Of a DNA stretch of 64,000 nucleotides, positions 1-9,300 are shown piece after piece. A model generated the notes under the pieces. It was not told where the DNA came from, ran no database searches, and was given only the letters and a program-made list of their open reading frames with translations. Every line of letters begins with the position of its first letter. The stretch's first letter is position 1. The translations under genes were made by a program, and so were the position numbers. This stretch comes from Bdellovibrionota bacterium (GTDB lineage: Bacteria; Bdellovibrionota; UBA2428), in contig DATLIP010000068.1 in NCBI GenBank assembly GCA_035539375.1, positions 11,383 through 75,382 of the forward strand, written 5' to 3'.

Positions 1-209
1 ACAAGCTTTTCGGGGCGCATGGGTAGGGCCCGCAGCGCCGCCTTGGCATCAAAGGCCAGGGCGTAGATCACCAGGGCGCAGCCGCACACGAGGCCGCCTA
101 CAAATCCGCCGCCGCTATGGTGATGTCCGCGCAACGTTAAAAAGAGGGAGTAGAGAACCATCACCGGCACCAAGAGGCGCGCGACCACTTTAAAGATGAG
201 CGAATTCAT
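1..209 (-). CDS. mnhB: Na+/H+ antiporter subunit B (MnhB/MrpB), N-terminal part; gene runs off the window edge
   Basis: My translation of the reverse complement of 1-209 gives [69 protein letters not shown]. The LRGH..GGGF.GGL motif is typical of MnhB. Its ATG overlaps the mrpA stop (ATGA at 206-209). Confidence 0.75.
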   Translation of the reverse strand, partial: MNSLIFKVVARLLVPVMVLYSLFLTLRGHHHSGGGFVGGLVCGCALVIYALAFDAKAALRALPMRPEKL

Positions 210-2521
210 TTCTTAGCTCCCCAAAGTTTGGGCCGCACCAGCGTGTAAACTCCGATCCCTGCTAAGGCAAGTACCACGATCTCGCCCAGGGTATCGAAGC
301 CGCGGTAGTCCACGAGGATCGCGTTCACCACGTTGCGACCATGGGCTTCGCTGAGTGCGGTGGTGGCATAGAATTTCGAGACGCTCTCGGGCACTTCTCC
401 CGAGCCTGCGACATAAGTGATGAAGGCGAAGACGGTGCCGAAGCTCAGGGCGAGCGCGAGATTGAGCGCCTGACCCAGGCGAGGTACGAAGTTTGCCGAG
501 GCGGGCATGGCGCGCAAGATGAGCACCAGCAGCACCAGTGTCAGCGTTTCGATAAGGAACTGTGTGAGGGCCAGGTCCGGGGCTCCGTGCATCACGTATA
601 CGAGGGCGATGCCGAAGCCCACGAGCCCGAGTGCGAGAACCGATGTGAAGATCCGGCGCGCTAGCACACAGAGCACGGCGCCGAGGGCGATGAGGGTTTG
701 CACGATGGTGATCGCGACGGTGGTTTTTTGCGCCCACTTTGTAGGGGGAATGGCGCCGGGGTGAGTGGCAAAGTAACCAATCGCTGCGGCGACAAAAACC
801 CACAAAATCGCGTGAAGATAAAAGCGCAGATAGCCGTTTTGGAAGAGCCTAAAGAAAGGGCCAGCATAGAGGTTCAGGGCGCGGCAGAAAAAATCGTAGA
901 TCTGCACGGTGCCGAATTTGATCTCAGCATCGGCCTTCACAAGGTCGCTTAGGCTTGCGCGTCCGTAGATGAAGGCGAGGTATCCCAGCCCCAGCGAGAG
1001 CACCGTGACGAGCAGAGGCCAAGAAAAGCCGTGCCAAAAGCTGAGATGGTATTCGAAGCCGGGTTTCAAGAAGGTGTCGTAGGCAGGGTTGACGATTGAG
1101 GCGTCAAACCATCCCGAAAAAAACGGCAGGCAGAGTCCGAAAAATCCTAGAACAAGAGGGCCTATCCACATCGTCCATGGCGCTTCGCGCAGTTCCGTTG
1201 ACGTGTGAGGGGCCTCTTTGTTCATGAAAAAGATGTAGACCAGGTGCATGCCCACAAAGACGAAGGCCATGATGCCGAGTCCGACGACGCTCGCCCAAAG
1301 GGCGCCCCACTTGTGGCTGAGCACGCCGGCGAGAAGGGTTTCTTTGCCGATATAGCTCAGCGCTGGCGGTAGCCCCACGATCGCGATTGCCGCGAGAATC
1401 AGCGCCACACTGGTAAACGGCAAGAGGGGGCCGAGGCCTCCGAGTTTTCTCACGTCGCGTGTGCCGGTTTGATGATCCACGATGCCGACCACCAAAAAGA
1501 GCGCTGCTTTGTAAAACCCATGCGCCACCATAAAGACCAAGGCGCTTTTGATGGCGAGTGGAGTGCCGATGCCAAGCCCCAGGGCGAGAATGCCGAGCGC
1601 GGCGAGGGTGGAGTAGGCGAGCAGTAGTTTGAGGTCGACTTGAAAGAAGGCGCGCACGGCCGCGACAATCACAGTGAGAGAGCCTACGGCAAGCAGCACG
1701 TGGCTCCAGATGGGTACCGAATCAAAGGCGGGCGCCACGCGAGCCAGCAAAAAGATGCCGGCTTTTACCATGGTGGCCGAGTGCAGGTAGGCGCTCGCGG
1801 GGGTGGGCGCGCTCATCGCGTTCGGCAACCAAAAATGAAAAGGAAAGAGCGCCGACTTGGTGAATGCGGCGACAAAAACGAGACCAAGAATCCACGGAAA
1901 GAGCGCATGGCTCTGCAAGTCGGCCGCGTGCTGCGCAAGATTCGAAAAGGTGGCTGCGCCCAGGGCGTGGTGCATGAGCACGCACGCGGCGAGCAGGCAG
2001 AGGCCGCCGAGGCTCGTGACGAGCAGCGCCTGCGTGGCGTTGCGCCGGGCGCGTTTGTCGCTGAAGTCAAAACCTATCAAAAAGAAGGAGGCGATGCCCA
2101 CAAGTTCCCAGAATGTGAAGAAGAGGTAGAAATTATCGCTGAAGGCGATGCCGAGCATCGCAGCCATAAAGATAAAGAGGTAAACGTAAAATCGGGCGTC
2201 ATGAGCATGCTTTTTGAGGTAGGCGCCGGCGTAGATCGAAATGAAGGTGCCGATTCCGGTCACCAGGCCGGCCAGCAAAAAGGAAAGGCCATCGCCGCGA
2301 AAATCCAAGTTGGCTTTCCACTTGGGAAACCAGGAGTAGGTTTCGGTCAAGGCAAAGGACGAACCTTGGGTTTGCGCCAGCCAGGTGGATTGCTCGAGCA
2401 CCAGCAAAAAAAGCGCGAAGGGGATCAGGCTGAGCGCGAGGTAGTAATATTGGCCAACAAATTTTTTAATCAGTGGCGCCAGCATGGCTCCCAAGCAGCA
2501 TGCCAGAATTGCGCTAAGCAT
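206..2521 (-). CDS. mrpA: Multisubunit Na+/H+ antiporter subunit A (MrpA/MnhA; NuoL/ND5-like proton-pumping subunit)
   Basis: 771-aa polytopic ORF with NuoL/MrpA-like motifs ([52 protein letters not shown]). GGAGGA Shine-Dalgarno 4 nt upstream of the ATG. Followed by mnhB. Confidence 0.9.
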   Translation of the reverse strand: MLSAILACCLGAMLAPLIKKFVGQYYYLALSLIPFALFLLVLEQSTWLAQTQGSSFALTETYSWFPKWKANLDFRGDGLSFLLAGLVTGIGTFISIYAGAYLKKHAHDARFYVYLFIFMAAMLGIAFSDNFYLFFTFWELVGIASFFLIGFDFSDKRARRNATQALLVTSLGGLCLLAACVLMHHALGAATFSNLAQHAADLQSHALFPWILGLVFVAAFTKSALFPFHFWLPNAMSAPTPASAYLHSATMVKAGIFLLARVAPAFDSVPIWSHVLLAVGSLTVIVAAVRAFFQVDLKLLLAYSTLAALGILALGLGIGTPLAIKSALVFMVAHGFYKAALFLVVGIVDHQTGTRDVRKLGGLGPLLPFTSVALILAAIAIVGLPPALSYIGKETLLAGVLSHKWGALWASVVGLGIMAFVFVGMHLVYIFFMNKEAPHTSTELREAPWTMWIGPLVLGFFGLCLPFFSGWFDASIVNPAYDTFLKPGFEYHLSFWHGFSWPLLVTVLSLGLGYLAFIYGRASLSDLVKADAEIKFGTVQIYDFFCRALNLYAGPFFRLFQNGYLRFYLHAILWVFVAAAIGYFATHPGAIPPTKWAQKTTVAITIVQTLIALGAVLCVLARRIFTSVLALGLVGFGIALVYVMHGAPDLALTQFLIETLTLVLLVLILRAMPASANFVPRLGQALNLALALSFGTVFAFITYVAGSGEVPESVSKFYATTALSEAHGRNVVNAILVDYRGFDTLGEIVVLALAGIGVYTLVRPKLWGAKK

Positions 2522-2622
2522 TAATCCTCCGCGGTAGCTCGTCTCTCAGTGTTGTCCTGCGTAGCTGATATAGTTATAAGGCGATTTCCCTAGCTTGGCT
2601 ACCTAGGGAACGTGGATTCCGT

Positions 2623-3354
2623 ATGAAAAACTTCCCTTCTTTCAAAAAGAAAAGTCTCGAATTTAGCCGCGCTCTCGGCGATTTGAAATTCTCCGCTCCG
2701 GTGACTCACGTTTACAATCCTCTCGATTATGCTTCAGAGGTTTATTTCGAGTACTGGCGTCGCTACGCGAGCGCTCCCAAGTCCATTGTGTTTCTCGGCA
2801 TGAACCCCGGTCCTTTTGGTATGGCCCAAACCGGCATTCCTTTTGGTGAGGTTTCCATGGTGCGCGATTGGATGGGGCTCGAAGGCATGGTGAAAAAGCC
2901 CGAGCGCGAACATCCCAAGCGCCCTGTGCTCGGCTTTGCGTGTCCGCGCTCCGAAGTCAGTGGGCGTCGCCTTTGGGGACTTTTCGCCGAGACCTATCCG
3001 CGCGCCGAAGATTTTTTTGCGAAACATTTTGTGCTCAATTATTGCCCTCTGGTTTTCATGGCCGCGAGTGGCGCCAATCTCACGCCTGACAAGATCAAAG
3101 TGGCCACCAGGCATCGGCTCGAGACGCTTTGCGATGAGTATCTGCAAAGCTGTTTGGAATTTTTGCAGCCTCAGCAAACGGTGGGGGTGGGCGCCTTTGC
3201 CCATGACAAACTCTTGCGCATGCAGGGGCGCTCTGACTCAATGGAATTTGGTGTGACAAAGATCATTCACCCTTCGCCCGCCTCACCCGCAGCAAATCAC
3301 GGTTGGGCTCAGAAGGTACGCCAAAGTCTGCGTCGCGATGGACTGAAATTGTAA
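2623..3354 (+). CDS. SMUG1-type (family 3) uracil-DNA glycosylase
   Basis: 243 aa. [52 protein letters not shown] and [13 protein letters not shown] are near-identical to the conserved SMUG1 motifs as I recall them ([40 protein letters not shown]). Confidence 0.85.
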   Translation: [243 protein letters not shown]

Positions 3355-3463
3355 AAATTTTGACGTTTGGTGCTGGGGCCTTTCGTACCGCAACGCATCC
3401 GCTCCGACTTTCGTACGCGTCACCCCTGGCAGCTTTCGCAACATTGGTTATGCTATAAACATC

Positions 3464-4510
3464 ATGATTAAAAACTTCAAAGCGTCCTTTCTTCCGATCA
3501 CCGTCGTTTGCGCCGCCGCATGGCTAGGCAACTCCGCTCAAGCCGGAGTCTTTAAGATCACCCCAGGCACCGCGGCCGGTGCGTTTGCGGGGCAGCAAGA
3601 ACTTTTCGAAGCGTTTTTGCAGCGTCTCGAAGACGAAGTGAACGCGGAACTTCCGAGTGTGGAAACGGGCGAATACACCAAGGGCATGGCCAACGCGACC
3701 GCCATGGCGATGACCGGCAGCGCGACCGCTTATGGTCCTGTCTTTAGTCTCGGTCTCATCGGCGTCAACGCCGGTGTGGGTGTGGATCTTGGCAAGGGCA
3801 ATTCGATCTCGGACTTCGACGCCAAGAAGGCCGCTGGTTTCGGCACTCAGGTCGCTGTTACGGCGGGTCTCAACCCATCGGCTCTCTATTCCACGCCTTT
3901 CACCGAGCGTCTGCAGCTCTTCCTCGGCTTCATGGCCGCCAGCCGCAAGCTTGACGACGTCGAAGCGGATTTCACTTCGTTCGGTGCCACCGCCAAGTAC
4001 AAGCTCTACGCTCCTAAAAATCTCGCTTCGAGCCTCGTCAAATGGCAGGGACTTGATATCTCCGCCGGCGTTCGCTTTGCCAAACTGAAGGGCACCTTCA
4101 CACAAATCCTCGATGAGCAATTTACCGACTCGGTTTCGGGTCAAACCGCAACGGTCACGGGGCCTGCCACCATCGGTGGCGACGTGAAGGTCTTCTCGAT
4201 TCCCATCGAAGCGAGCTCGACCCTGCGTCTGGCGTATTTCTTGAACCTCATCGGTGGTGCGGCTGTCGACTTTAACTTCGGTTCTTCGACCGCGATCGCC
4301 AGCTACGTCTCTGACATCGACCTCGGCGGTAACGGCACAGCAACCGGTGATCTCGACCTTGGCTCCAAGACCTCGCCGACCATGCTCAACGCCCGCGCTT
4401 TCTTGGGCACCGGCGTCGAGTTCGCAGTGGGCTCGCTCAACCTCATCTTCGGCAAATCGCTCACGGCTCGAGCTTGGAGCGTGAACACTATGCTCAACTT
4501 CTTCTGGTAA
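3464..4510 (+). CDS. Secreted protein, putative outer-membrane beta-barrel
   Basis: 348 aa. N-terminal signal peptide (VVCAAAWLGNSAQA), Gly/Ala/Ser/Thr-rich alternating pattern, C-terminal aromatic residues (NFFW) as in OM beta-barrels. Confidence 0.45.
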   Translation: MIKNFKASFLPITVVCAAAWLGNSAQAGVFKITPGTAAGAFAGQQELFEAFLQRLEDEVNAELPSVETGEYTKGMANATAMAMTGSATAYGPVFSLGLIGVNAGVGVDLGKGNSISDFDAKKAAGFGTQVAVTAGLNPSALYSTPFTERLQLFLGFMAASRKLDDVEADFTSFGATAKYKLYAPKNLASSLVKWQGLDISAGVRFAKLKGTFTQILDEQFTDSVSGQTATVTGPATIGGDVKVFSIPIEASSTLRLAYFLNLIGGAAVDFNFGSSTAIASYVSDIDLGGNGTATGDLDLGSKTSPTMLNARAFLGTGVEFAVGSLNLIFGKSLTARAWSVNTMLNFFW

Positions 4511-4523
4511 AAAAGTAGACGGG

Positions 4524-4558
4524 CGCCAGGTATAGGTTCCAGGAACCTATACCTGGCG
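4524..4558. terminator. Perfect 17-bp-arm palindrome between convergent genes (likely bidirectional terminator hairpin)
   Basis: cgccaggtataggttcc-a-ggaacctatacctggcg lies just after the stop of 3464-4510 and overlaps the stop codon of the HTTM gene. No clean U-tract on the + strand. A T-run follows at some distance on the - strand. Confidence 0.5.
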
Positions 4559-5464
4559 ACGGCGCAGGCGAGCCGTGAGACGCTTCAGGTCTTCCCAGTC
4601 CTTGCGCTCTAAAAAGACGGCGTAAGAGGCGAGCGAGGCCACCTGGAATATCGGAATGCTGATGTGCCACTCGAGGATGAGGTGGAAGACGATGCCAAAG
4701 ACAAGAAGGTAGCGGCGTGTTTCGCGGAACCAGATCAGCAGCGGAAACAAAAATTCAAAGAGAAAGGCTCCCCAGGTCATCAGCTTCACAAACGTCCAAT
4801 TGGCGTATGCGAGGGGCAGGGGATAGCGGTTGAAATCGATCAGCTGCGAGACGATGTAAACTGCCGAGCCGTCCCACCAGGTAGGCCCTTCGCTCTTGTG
4901 CAAAAAGGTACCCAGGTACATCAACGCGAGCTGAATCTGCAGCGCGCGCAGCGGCCAGGCCGATTGCTGGGTGGGTAGGGTACGCGCTTTGGCCTGCGCG
5001 ATGGCGCGGTCGACGGAGTGGTAGCCGTTTGAGCGAGCGAAGATCATCCAAAAAAGCATCACGCGGATCAGCGCGTCTCCGCCCTGCAGCACGTAGGTGT
5101 TGCGGTGGTCAAAAGAGACGATCAGCACGTAGAGGACGAATGCTGATACGCGGGTGCCCAGCCCCAGTGTGAAGGTGGTGGCGCTCACCAGCGAGAGTGT
5201 CCATAATGTGTAGGCCACGGTCACCGAGTCGAAATCGCGCAGGGTGTAGAACAAATTGAGGCCGCCGCTCAGCTGCGAAGTGAAAGAAGTCGTCAGACTC
5301 ACGATGCCTTCGTTGCTGTACCAGTAAACGAGCTCGGGATAGAGAAAGAGGATCTTGTTAATGGCCACAAGGCCCAGGGTGATGCGAAAGATCGCAAGAC
5401 CCCAGGTGTCGACACTCTCAAAGAACCAACGGTTGATGGCGCGGAATAGGTTTAGGATGCTCAT
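4547..5464 (-). CDS. HTTM domain (vitamin K-dependent gamma-carboxylase-like / SdpB-like) membrane protein
   Basis: 305-aa polytopic ORF. The N-terminus (VDTWGLAIFRITLGLVAI..., later DHRNTYVLQGGDALIRVMLFW) matches the HTTM pattern. Its start ATG overlaps the stop of the upstream gene (ATGA). Confidence 0.7.
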   Translation of the reverse strand: MSILNLFRAINRWFFESVDTWGLAIFRITLGLVAINKILFLYPELVYWYSNEGIVSLTTSFTSQLSGGLNLFYTLRDFDSVTVAYTLWTLSLVSATTFTLGLGTRVSAFVLYVLIVSFDHRNTYVLQGGDALIRVMLFWMIFARSNGYHSVDRAIAQAKARTLPTQQSAWPLRALQIQLALMYLGTFLHKSEGPTWWDGSAVYIVSQLIDFNRYPLPLAYANWTFVKLMTWGAFLFEFLFPLLIWFRETRRYLLVFGIVFHLILEWHISIPIFQVASLASYAVFLERKDWEDLKRLTARLRRRQV

Positions 5465-6021
5465 GGTTCGGGGTACTTCGCAGTGTAAAAGATGTAGGAG
5501 TGTTCAAAGTTGACGCTTGTTGGAAAGCTTGGTGGCGGCTGGCTCTCGTCGGGCGGAGGCACCAGGGTCCACCAGCGCACGAGGTCGATTTGTTTTACGG
5601 GGCCGTGCGAGGCGAAGTACATTTGCTGGTAATAGTCGGCGATGTGGGGCCAGAGGCGGCGACCGGAGTCGCGGTTGATGTTCTCGGCAAATTTGCGGTG
5701 GCGATCGTGTCGGTAGGCCTGCCATTTGCTCATGGTGTGGAGCTGCGGCAGCTTGGGGAACTCAAAGGTGCCGTCGTAAAACTCAATGGCGATCTGGATG
5801 CTGAAGTTCACGTTCGAGGCGTCGGGCGAGAACATTGTCCAGCCCTGCCAAAGGCCGCTCCAGTACATGGGCCGCTTGGTGGCCTCGCGGATGACGACCC
5901 CCAGGGACGTGCGGTTCTTGCCCTTGGGCTGGAAGAGAGGGATGGCCCATACGGTGATCGTCGCCAGGAGCGCAAAATAGAGCGTTTTTAGGCCGCCGAT
6001 CGCAAGTCTTTTGGCAAACAT
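5461..6021 (-). CDS. Membrane-anchored hypothetical protein translationally coupled to the HTTM gene
   Basis: The ORF is open to 6120, but Met34 (MFAKRLAIGGLKTLYFALLATITVWAI) begins the single TM segment. The 33 codons upstream are Pro/Gly/Arg-rich and overlap the inverted-repeat element, so I call the start at 6021. Confidence 0.55.
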   Translation of the reverse strand: MFAKRLAIGGLKTLYFALLATITVWAIPLFQPKGKNRTSLGVVIREATKRPMYWSGLWQGWTMFSPDASNVNFSIQIAIEFYDGTFEFPKLPQLHTMSKWQAYRHDRHRKFAENINRDSGRRLWPHIADYYQQMYFASHGPVKQIDLVRWWTLVPPPDESQPPPSFPTSVNFEHSYIFYTAKYPEP

Positions 6022-6107
6022 TTTTGACCCCTTAGCTTTGAGTCTAAGGGGGGCGCCTCGATTGCGCAACTCGCCCCAAAATGGTTGCGAGCTCGGGCCA
6101 GGGGTTT

Positions 6108-6374
6108 GAGCTCCTTTCAAAACCTATCAATAAGTTCTGCCGGAACGCCCATTTAGCTTATCCGCGAAGTGACGATAGAGCGTGCTCACTGCACGTGACG
6201 GAGGAACGACAAAGGAGAAGCTAAGTGGCCGTCCGGCCCGTAGGGCAAAATCAAAGGGGTGCGACTGCGTTGTTGACGGCTTCTCGCGTGGAACCACCAC
6301 GTATCGTCGCCGTCGCCTAGCATTCACACCCCTTTGATTTTGCAGAAATTATTGATAGGTTTTGAAATGAGCTC
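6108..6374. repeat. Nested inverted-repeat element (31-nt outer arms with 2 mismatches; 17-nt perfect inner arms). Candidate structured RNA, leader or MITE-like element.
   Basis: Outer arms: gagctcctttcaaaacctatcaataagttct (6108-6138) and agaaattattgataggttttgaaatgagctc (6344-6374). Inner arms: gcaaaatcaaaggggtg (6245-6261) and cacccctttgattttgc (6327-6343). The inner right arm abuts the outer right arm. Additional small hairpins lie inside. Confidence 0.7.
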
Positions 6375-6389
6375 TAGGATGCCCCCCTT

Positions 6390-9300
6390 ATGTCAGGCGT
6401 ATTCAAAGCGGTTCCCTCGAAGATGGACTTTTCTCAGGCCGAGGCTCAAGTGCTGGGCTTCTGGAAATCGGCCAAGATTTACCAAAAATCTCTCGAGCGT
6501 CGCCGCGGCGCCAAGCCCTTTGTCTTTTTCGAAGGTCCGCCCACCGCCAACGGCATGCCTCACCCCGGCCACTGTCTTACCCGTACCGTGAAGGATGTTT
6601 TTCCGCGCTTCAAAACCATGGACGGTTACTACTGCGAGCGCAAAGCGGGCTGGGACACGCACGGTCTGCCGGTAGAAGTGGAAGTCTGCAAAGAGCTGGG
6701 CATCCTCGAGGGCGGCAAAGAGGCCATCGAAAAGTTCGGACTCGAGAAGTTCAACCAAACGTGTTTGCAATCGGTGTTTCGTTACACCAAAGAGTGGGAG
6801 CAGCTCACGGAGCGCCTTGGTTTTTGGGTAAACCTCGAAGAGGCCTATGTCACCTACCATCAATCCTACGTGGAATCGGTGTGGTGGGTTCTCAAAAAGT
6901 TCTTCGACGAAGGCCTGCTCTACCAGGGCCATAAAGTGGTGTGGTGGTGGGCTCAGGGCGGAACGGCTCTCTCTGCGGGGGAGGTGGGCGAAGGCTACCG
7001 CGAGACCACCGACCCGGCGATCACGGTGAGATTTTCGCTCACGGCCGATGCCGTCGCAAAGCTCGGCATGCCTCCGGGGCGCGACGTTTCGTTTTTGGCT
7101 TGGACGACCACTCCGTGGACCCTCTCTTCGAACTGCGCGCTCGCCATTGGCCGCGATTTTGAATACGTCGTTTGCGAGATCGAAGTCGACGGCGAGACTC
7201 ACCTTTGCGTGCTCTCCAAAGCGCACCAAGAAGCAAATTATCCCACCGCTCGTGTGTTCAAAAGCGTGAAGGGCTCGGAACTTGTGGGTCTCGACTACGC
7301 GCCGATCTTTCGTTACGCCGAACCCGAACTCATCGCCGGCCAAGCACAGGCCGAGGCTCACGCCTGGCGCGTGATCGAAGGTGATTTTGTGACCCTCGAC
7401 CGTGGAACGGGCATCGTGCATCTTGCGCCCGCCTTTGGTGAGGACGACTATCGCACCTGCAAAGAGGCCGGCATCGGCTTTTTGTGTTTCGTCAAACCCG
7501 ATGGCAAATTCGACGATCGCGTGAGCGATGTGGACCCCTACGATGGCGCTAAGATCGCCGGATTGTTTGTTAAGGACGCCGACAAAGGCATCATCCGCAT
7601 TCTCAAGGCGCAAAAGCGTGTGATCAAGCACGACCAATACATCCACTCCTATCCCTTTTGTCCGCGGGCCGATCAAGATCCGCTGATTCAGTTCGCGCGC
7701 AAGTCGTGGTTCATCTCCACGCGCCAATTCCGCGAGCAGTTTGTAAAAAACAACTCAAAGATTCACTGGAACCCCGAGCACATCAAAGAAGGCCGATTCG
7801 GAAACTTCCTCGAGAACAACGTCGACTGGGCGCTCTCGCGCGAACGTTTCTGGGGCACGCCTCTGCCGATCTGGATTTGCGAGAAGACCGGGCACATGGA
7901 AGCTCTCTCGTCTTACGATGAGTTGCTTAAGAAACCGGGCGTGAAGGGCACTGAAGTTTGGGCGGCTGCCAAAGCTGCCGATTCCTCGCTGGCCGAAGAT
8001 CTCAAGATCCATCGTCCCTACATCGACGAAGTCACTTATCAGAGTCCTAAAGACGCCGCCGCGCGCATGCGCCGGGTAAAGGACGTCATCGACGTTTGGT
8101 TCGATGCGGGCTCCATGCCTTTTGCGCAGTGGGGTTACCCTCACCAACCGGGTTCGGTGGAACGCGTGAAGAATTTCTTTCCGGCGGATTTCATCTCTGA
8201 GGCCATCGATCAAACGCGCGGCTGGTTCAACGCCCTGCTCGTGATCTCCACTCTCGTGTGGGGAGAAAAAGAAGCTTATCCGCACCCTTTCAAGAACGTC
8301 ATCTGTCTCGGTCACCTGCTGGGCGAAGACGGACAAAAGCTCTCCAAGCGCAAACGCAATTACAAAGACGTGAATTACCTCTTCGAGAACTACGGTGCCG
8401 ACGCGCTTCGCTGGTCGCTGCTTGCGCAGCAGAGCCCCACGGCTTCGGTGCGCTTTACCGAGAAGGGCGTTGAAGAATCGCTGCGCGAGTACCTCATCCG
8501 CTGGTACAACGTGTATTCCTTCTTTGTGATCTATTCGAACCTCGACGGCTTCAACCCCGCCAAGGGTGCTCCGGCCAATTTCGACGGCTCGGATTTTCGA
8601 GGTGTCGGTCCTGCGCTCGCTGAGCGTAGCGAGATGGACAGATGGATCCTCTCCGAGCTTCAGAACACCGTGCGCGAAACACGCGCTGGGCTCGAAGTTT
8701 ATGATCCCTACCGCGCGGCTCAGCATCTGAACGCGTTTATGGATTCGCTCTCGAACTGGTACGTGCGCCGTTCGCGCGCGCGTTTCTGGGGTTCGGGCTG
8801 GAGCGCCGACAAAGAGTCTGCCTACTGGACGCTCTTTGAGTGTCTGGTCTCAATGTCGCAGCTCAGTGCTCCGTTCACGCCGTACTTCAGCGATTGGACT
8901 TGGGAGAACCTCATTCGCTCGCCCTTTGCGAGCGCGCCCGAGTCGGTGCACCTTTCGAGCTACCCCAAGGTCAATGCCGAGAAGTTTGACGAGAACCTTG
9001 CCACCGAGATGCGCCTAGTGCGCGATGTGGTGAGCACAGGGCTCGCCGCTCGTGGTGCCGCCAAGATCAAAGTGCGTCAGCCGCTGGCCGCGATCGAAGT
9101 CGTGGTGAGCTCTTCGGGCGAACGCGAGGTGATAGGCAAGCATAGCGAGCTCATCTGCGACGAACTCAACGTCAAAGGCATTGAGTTCACTGAGAAGCCC
9201 GAAACCTACGTGAGCTACAAAGTCGTGCCGAACTTTAAAATTCTCGGCAAACGCCTGGGTAAAGAGATGGGCCTTTTGCAAGCCGCTCTCAAAACTGCGA

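Noticed and set aside
6022-6120. 33-codon N-terminal extension of the HTTM-partner ORF.
   Set aside because: It is Pro/Gly/Arg-rich, precedes the TM that begins right after Met34, and overlaps the left arm of the inverted-repeat element.
6270-6300. T-box-like sequence (cgcgtggaaccaccacg; on the minus strand gtggtggttccacgcg versus consensus GGGTGGTACCGCG) in the ileS upstream element.
   Set aside because: The better match, including UGGU, is on the strand opposite to ileS, where the downstream gene is not an aminoacyl-tRNA-related gene. On the ileS strand the match is poor (UGGA). I could not identify a Stem I, specifier loop or AUC codon context. It should still be tested with the Rfam T-box model.
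6226-6321. 31-codon GTG-initiated mini-ORF with an AAGGAG Shine-Dalgarno inside the inverted-repeat element (a possible leader peptide).
   Set aside because: The peptide (VAVRPVGQNQRGATALLTASRVEPPRIVAVA) contains one Ile and no regulatory-codon run, and there is no supporting terminator/antiterminator logic. It is probably fortuitous.
6393-7727. 444-aa minus-strand ORF antisense to ileS. Also 7755-8726 and 9015-9584.
   Set aside because: ileS motifs define the + frame. The antisense products are Arg/Gly-rich and motif-less.
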